A DNA stretch of 64,000 nucleotides from Mobula hypostoma. Lineage: Eukaryota. Positions within the stretch are counted from its first letter, which is position 1, and the number at the start of each line of letters is the position of its first letter. The notes beneath the pieces are model-generated. The model had not been told where the DNA came from, did not search any database, and was given only the letters and a program-made list of their open reading frames with translations. Positions 58,418 to 64,000 of the stretch are shown here, in pieces. The stretch lies in NCBI RefSeq assembly GCF_963921235.1, contig NC_086107.1:104224001-104288000 (forward strand), read 5' to 3'. Made by a program: the position numbers and the translations under genes.

Positions 58418-60835
58418 CACTGGACAACAAAGATTTTGCTTCCTGAATATTTTTAGGTATATCTTATTTTGGGTTGCTGACCATGGAAATCACCATGGGA
58501 TTTCTCTTATCATGCCTCATTTTAAAAAAAAATCCTCTACATTTGTTATTTCGATTCACAATTCAAGTCAGAATAACTGATGCTAAGATTAAGGAAGACA
58601 TTTTTGTTGGTCCATAAATCAACAGGTCACCAATAACAGGCAATTTGAAGAACTTCTAGTGGGATCAGAGAAAATCGCATGGAAGGCATTCGAGGATGTT
58701 GCTGAAAATTTTCTTGGCAACTACACAGCACCAAACTACCTGCAGCTGGTTGACAACACGCTTCAAGCATACAAAACCATGAAGTGCAACAAAAGGCCAT
58801 ACAACCATAAGATGTAGGAGCAGAATTAGGTCTTTTAGCCCATCACAGCTGCTCCGCCATTTCTTCATGGCTGATTCAATTTTCCTCTCAGCCCCAATCT
58901 CCTACCTCCTCCCCCTATCCTTTCATGCCGTGAACAATCAAGAATATATCAACCTCTGCTTTAAATATACATAAAGACTTGACCCCCACAGCTGCCTGAT
59001 TCACCACTCTAGCTAAAGAAATTCTTCCTCATCTCTGTTCTAAAAGGACACCCTTCTATTCTGAGGCTGTGCCCCCTTGTCTTGGACTCTCCCACCAAAT
59101 ATAACATCCTCTCCACATCTACTCTATCAAGGCTTTTCACCATTCAATAGGTTTCAATGAGGTCATCCCTCATTCTTCTGAATTCTAGTGAATACAGGCC
59201 CAGAGCCATCAAATGCTCTTCATATAACAAGCTATTCAATCCTGGAATCATTTTCGTGAGCCTTCTTTGAACCCTCTCTAGTTTCAGCACATCCTTTCTA
59301 AGATAAGGGGCCCAAACCTGCTCACAATACTCCAAGTGAGGCCTTGCCAGTGCTTTATAAAGTCTCAACATTACATCCTTGCTTTTATATTCTTGTCCTC
59401 TTGAAATGAATGCTAACATTGCAATTGCCTTCCTCACCACAGACTCAACCTACAAATTAACCTTTAGGGTATCCTGCACAAGGACTCCCAAGTCCCTTTG
59501 CACCTCAGTATTTTTATATTTTCTCTCCATTTAGAAAATAGTCAATCCTTTAATTTCTTTTAATAAAGTGCAAGACCGTACACTTCCCAACACTGTATTC
59601 CGTTTGCCATTTCTTTGCCCATTCTTATAATCTGTCTAAGTCCTCTGTAGCCTCTCTACTTCCTCAAAACTACCTGCCCCTCCACCTATCTTCATATCGT
59701 CCACAAATTTTGCAGCAAAACCATCAATTCCATCATCCAAATCATTGACATATAACATAAAAAGAATCGGTTCCAACTTAGACCCCTGTGGAACACCTCT
59801 AGTCACTGGCACCCAACCAGAAAAGGCTCCCTTTATTCCCACTCTTTAACTCCTGCCAGTCAGCCACTGTTTATCTATGCTGGTCTTGTAGCTTGCTAAG
59901 CAGCCGCAAGAGTGGCATCATGTCAAAGGCCTTCTGAAAGTCCAAGCACACAACGTCAAGTGATTCTCCTTTGTCTATCCTGTTTGTTATTTCTTCAGAG
60001 AATTCCAACAGATTCGTCAGGCAAGATTTTCCCTTGAGGAAACCATGCTGAATATGGGCTTTTTTTTATCACATGCCACCAAGTACCCAAAGACCTCGTC
60101 CTTAATAATTGACTCCAACATCTTCCCAACCACTGAGGTCAGACTAACTGGCCCATAGTTTCCTCCCTTCTGCCTCTTTCCTTTCTTGAAGAGTGGAGTG
60201 ACATTTGCAATTTTCCGGTTTTCCAGAACCATTCCAGAATCTAGTGATTCTTGAAAGATCATTGCTAATGCCTCCACAATCTCTTCAGCCACCTCTTTCA
60301 GAACCCTGGGCTGTATGCCATTTGGTCCGGATGACTTGTCAACCTTCAGTCCTTTCAGTTTTCCAAGAACTTTCTGTCTAGTTATGGCAACTTCAAACAC
60401 ATCATGACCCCTGACACCTGGCACTTCCATCATACTGCTGGTGTCTTCCACAGTGAAGACTGATGCAAGATACTTATTCAGTTCATCTCCATTTCGCTGT
60501 TCCCCATTACTACCTCTTCAGCACGTTTTCCCAGCAGCCCGACAGCCACTCCCAACTCTCTTTTACACTTTATGTATCTGAAGAAACTTTTGGCATCCTC
60601 CTTAATATTATTGGCTACCTTACTGTGCATTCCATCTTTACCTTCTTAATGACTTTTTTTTAGTTGCCTTCTGTTGGTTTTTAAAAGCTTCCCACTCCTC
60701 TAACTTCCCACTAATTTTTGCTCTATTATATGTCCTCTCTTTGGCTTTTATGTTGGCTTTGACTTCAAGCGCTCTATCATAAACACAAAAAAAAATTCTG
60801 AGGAAGCAACACTTTCAAAAAAAAAATGTCCAGTG
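58418..60835 (+). mobile_element. Chapaev3-like DNA transposon (deleted), interrupted by a CR1
   Basis: Termini CACTGGACA... / ...TGTCCAGTG flanked by TAA/TTA; remnant DAKIKEDIFVGP...EKIAWKAFEDVAENFLGNYTAPNYLQLVDNTLQAYKTMKCN at ~58580-58790. Confidence 0.7.
58795..60765 (-). mobile_element. CR1 LINE fragment (RT)
   Basis: ORFs 60017-60451, 59636-59842 (GVPQGS, KFVDD) and 59144-59440. Confidence 0.85.
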
Positions 60836-60869
60836 TTATCTCTGCTCCCGCATTTATTCCTAATTTAGA

Positions 60870-61340
60870 TAACTCTTCCGGCCGGGAGATTTTTCCTAAC
60901 CCTCGATCCAGATGTCTTTGGCCCCTTGAATATCCTTACTCCAGTACGTATATATCCCTACTCTCGGTGTTATACCCTTGATCTGTGTTTGTGTGTGTGC
61001 TCAGGGGACCTGTCCTCTTGTGTAAAGCCAATGCACCATACCCCCGCTCGGAGTGTTCATTGCCCGTTCTGACCCTGACTCTGACTCGTTGCGACAGAAC
61101 TCCCGTAACCCCCGCGCCTTTGTGCGCGAACAGACGGTCCTCTCTGCCCTCACCGCTGACTTCAGCCGCGCTCAGTAACGTCGCCAATAATGCGACGGCC
61201 CGGTAGACGGCCTCCTGGTTACATGTACGCGTTTCAATGACCGATCAGCCCGCCGAGTCCAGGGAGTCCGGGATCTGGTAAGAGCTGGGACCACAGGGCG
61301 AGTTGTTTGGTTACCCTGCGGGTTCCGTTATCCGTGGAAT
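60870..61340. promoter_or_regulatory. Second CpG-rich island, probable promoter of a neighbouring transcript
   Basis: Sharp CpG enrichment against a depleted background; CCAAT at ~61184; donor-like CTG|GTAAGA (+, 61278) and GA|GTAAGG (-, ~60939). Confidence 0.55.
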
Positions 61341-61714
61341 GCATGGCTATTGCAAGGGCCTGTAATGTTCGGTGATCTAAATATTCAGACAATAACCGAG
61401 GAGAGAGAAAAAATCGTAATGTTTGGGAGGGGTGGATGACCTCTTACCAGAAACTCTGTTATAATTTTATTATATGTTAATTTATTTGTGGTAATATCAC
61501 TTTACTTGTTGATGGTGAGTTATATGTGAGTTGTGCACCTTGGTCTGGAGGAATATAGTTTCGTTTGGTGGTATACATGTGTATGGTTGAATGACAATAA
61601 AACTTGAACTAGAACTTGATGTCTGGATGCTGTGAGACTTGTTGGGTTGGACTTTGTCCTAGTGCAGTGTGGCTGGAATTCATGTTTAGGCAGACGAGGT
61701 CCCAATCAACTGGA

Positions 61715-61930
61715 GGACAACACAAGAAAGTCTGCAGATGCTGGAAATCCAAAGCATTACATGCAAAATGCTGGAGGAACTCTCCTTACCCCCCCCCCCG
61801 CCCCAACTTACTTACTCTGACTTCTCCCTTTCCTTTCCAGTCCTGTAAAAAGGGTCTCAGCCCAAAACGTCCCCTCCATAGATGCTGCCTGACCTGCTGG
61901 GTTCCTCCAGCATTTTGTTTGTGTTGCTCC
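61715..61930. mobile_element. Degenerate Penelope-derived inverted element
   Basis: CTGCAGATGCTGGAAATCC...AAAATGCTGGAGGAAC and its complement GTTCCTCCAGCATTTT. Confidence 0.6.
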
Positions 61931-63229
61931 ATTCAGCTGGGCTGCTTTGACCTGAATGGTGTTGAGCTGTTTGGAGGAGGTGGTAGAGGCAGGTACAATG
62001 ACAATGTTTAAAAGGCATTTGAACTGGTAAATGGAAAGCAAAGGTTTAGAAGGATGTGGGCCAAATGCAGACCAATGAGACTAGCTGAGGATGGCAACTT
62101 GGTCATCATGGTCGATTTGGGTCAAAGGTCCTGTTTCCATGCTATATGACTCTGTGATTCTTGAATGTCTCAGAATGGTAAGAGTTATGTATGCAGCAAA
62201 GATAAAAACAGAAAATCATCTGATAACGCTCTAGAGAAGGGGGTTAACATCAATGCTGGGATAAACACCAGAGCAGGAATAATCACCCAGATACAGCAAG
62301 CACCCAAGCCATTCAGGATCTTGTAGATAGTTGAGAGGTGTTGAGGTGGCAGGAAGTGACCCACTTACCACAAGGTGCCTAACTTTTGCCCTGCTCTTAC
62401 AGCCACTGGCAGCTTTCATTCAGTGGTGACCATCCCCACAGGGAGTGGATGCTGGGGGCTCATGAAGACATCCCCATCTCCGAGCAGATTGTTCCCTGGC
62501 ACTTGGTTTACTTGTCAACTCCCAGCTTTCTTCCGGACTTCCAGCCCTTTGTTCTATGTTTACACCAAGGTTGTAATGAGGTCTGGAGTTCAATGTCAGA
62601 ATTCAGAGTGTGCATCAGTGAAGCAGGCTGTTTTTGAGTGTGTGCTATTAGCGACATCTTCCATCACTTTGTTGACAATTGGGATGGTTAGTTAGATTGT
62701 CCTGTTTTTGAGGATGTCGCTAGAACTCAAGGGACTGGATTATAGGGAGAGGTTGGTCAGGCTAATACTCCAGACCATAAGATATAGAAGCAGAATTATG
62801 CCATTTGGCCCATCGACTCTGCTCTGTCATTTCATCATCCTGATCCATTTTCCCTCTCAGTTCCAATCTCCTGTCTTCTCCCACTATCCCTTCATGCCAG
62901 ACAAATCAAGAATCTATCAACCTCTGCCTTAAATATACCCAATGACTTGGCCTCCACAGCGTTGCATAGGACACTGATCTTATCATCTTAAAGATCATAG
63001 ATACGGACAATGCACACAATTCTTATCCAAGGATTGTGAAGCAAAGAACCAGAGGTCTAAGGTGTGAGGAGCTAGATTTAATGGGAATTAGTACATCAAC
63101 ATCTTCACACAAGGAGTGGCGTGTATATACGGAACAAGCTGCCAGAGAAAGTAGTTGAAGCAGATACAATAGCAATGTTTAAAAGAAATTTGAACAGGAA
63201 TATGGAAAGGAATTTATTTAATTATTGAG

Positions 63230-63420
63230 ATTAAAACACAGAACAGGCCCTTCCAACCCTTCGAGCCACACCCTCCCAACAATCCCCCCATTTAACCCAT
63301 TTAATCACAAGATACTTTACAATGACCAATTAACTGGCAAACCGGTAGGTCTTTGGACTGTGGGAGGAAACCCACGCGGTCACGTGGAGAACGTGCAAAC
63401 CCCTTACAGGCTGCGGCACT
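63230..63420 (-). mobile_element. V-SINE-like fragment
   Basis: TTTGGACTGTGGGAGGAAACCCACGCGGTCACG..AACGTGCAAAC core and ACAGGCCCTTCC tail. Confidence 0.6.
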
Positions 63421-63425
63421 TAGAG

Positions 63426-63504
63426 CAGGAGTTCCCAAACTTTTTTAGCCAAGGAACTTTACCATTAACCGAGGGGTCTGTGGAGCCCAGGTTGGGAACC
63501 CCTG
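63426..63504. mobile_element. 79-bp hAT-type MITE in a CR1 3' tail
   Basis: TIRs CAGGAGTTCCCAA / TTGGGAACCCCTG; TSD CTTTAGAG/GTTTAGAG. Confidence 0.75.
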
Positions 63505-64000
63505 GTTTAGAGGGATATGGGTCAAATGCAGGCAAGTGGGACTAACTTAGATGGGCATCTTGGCTGGCACAGAGAGACCTATTTTGTGCTCCATGACTTT
63601 ATGTCATAGTTGGAAAACTGTCAATGTATTAACTCCACCGGAGGAGTTCAGTAAGAAGCACCATTTTTTTCCCAATGATGTCTGAATGATGTTGAACGCA
63701 TCGCCCTTGCTGTGTTCATTAGGAATACATGCTGCTTAGACCAGAGAGAGAACATTCCAATGTGAAATGCCTTTCATTTGTACAACTGTTGAACTTTAAT
63801 GTACTTTGAACAGATACATGTGTTCAAAGACACTGGGGAGCTGGTTTTGAAAGCTCTCATGACTCAATCTTTGAAAAACTTCTGTCAAGAATCATTAATA
63901 TTCTGTGCTGTTTATATTAAATCCCAACGTCTTGTCAAGTTCAGAAAAGGCCACACTCGATATCAGATCCTACTTGTTTTACAAACTTCTTGAGGACATC

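Noticed and set aside
63799..63993. 64-aa ORF at the window end as an exon of the next gene
   Set aside because: No recognisable homology, and the other frames are closed; cannot be supported from this window.

Overview
Vertebrate genomic DNA, very probably from a cartilaginous fish (shark or ray); this is inferred from the repeat families (CR1/HER1-like LINEs, V-SINE/HE1-like SINEs, Penelope inverted elements, Rex1/Babar LINEs). The window holds one complete multi-exon, + strand sacsin-family gene. Confident coding exons are 23871-23958, 26364-26475, 32131-32277, 32627-34097, 38431-38519 and a giant terminal exon 40273-51278. Probable 5' exons are 10451-10467, 19778-19867 and 20006-20095, starting from a CpG-rich promoter near 10.4 kb. 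The spliced ORF (~4330-4370 aa) has three Hsp90-like GHKL 'SIRPT' repeats, a J-domain with HPD and a C-terminal HEPN domain. It has no N-terminal ubiquitin-like domain, so it looks like a sacsin paralog rather than the SACS orthologue. The rest is dense transposon debris: CR1, Rex1/Babar, RTE, Vingi, L1, Penelope elements carrying minimal hammerhead-ribozyme motifs, Chapaev3, Harbinger and hAT MITEs, SINEs and possible solo LTRs. A second CpG island near 61 kb probably belongs to a neighbouring transcript. All family assignments are by eye and from memory of motifs; no database search was run.
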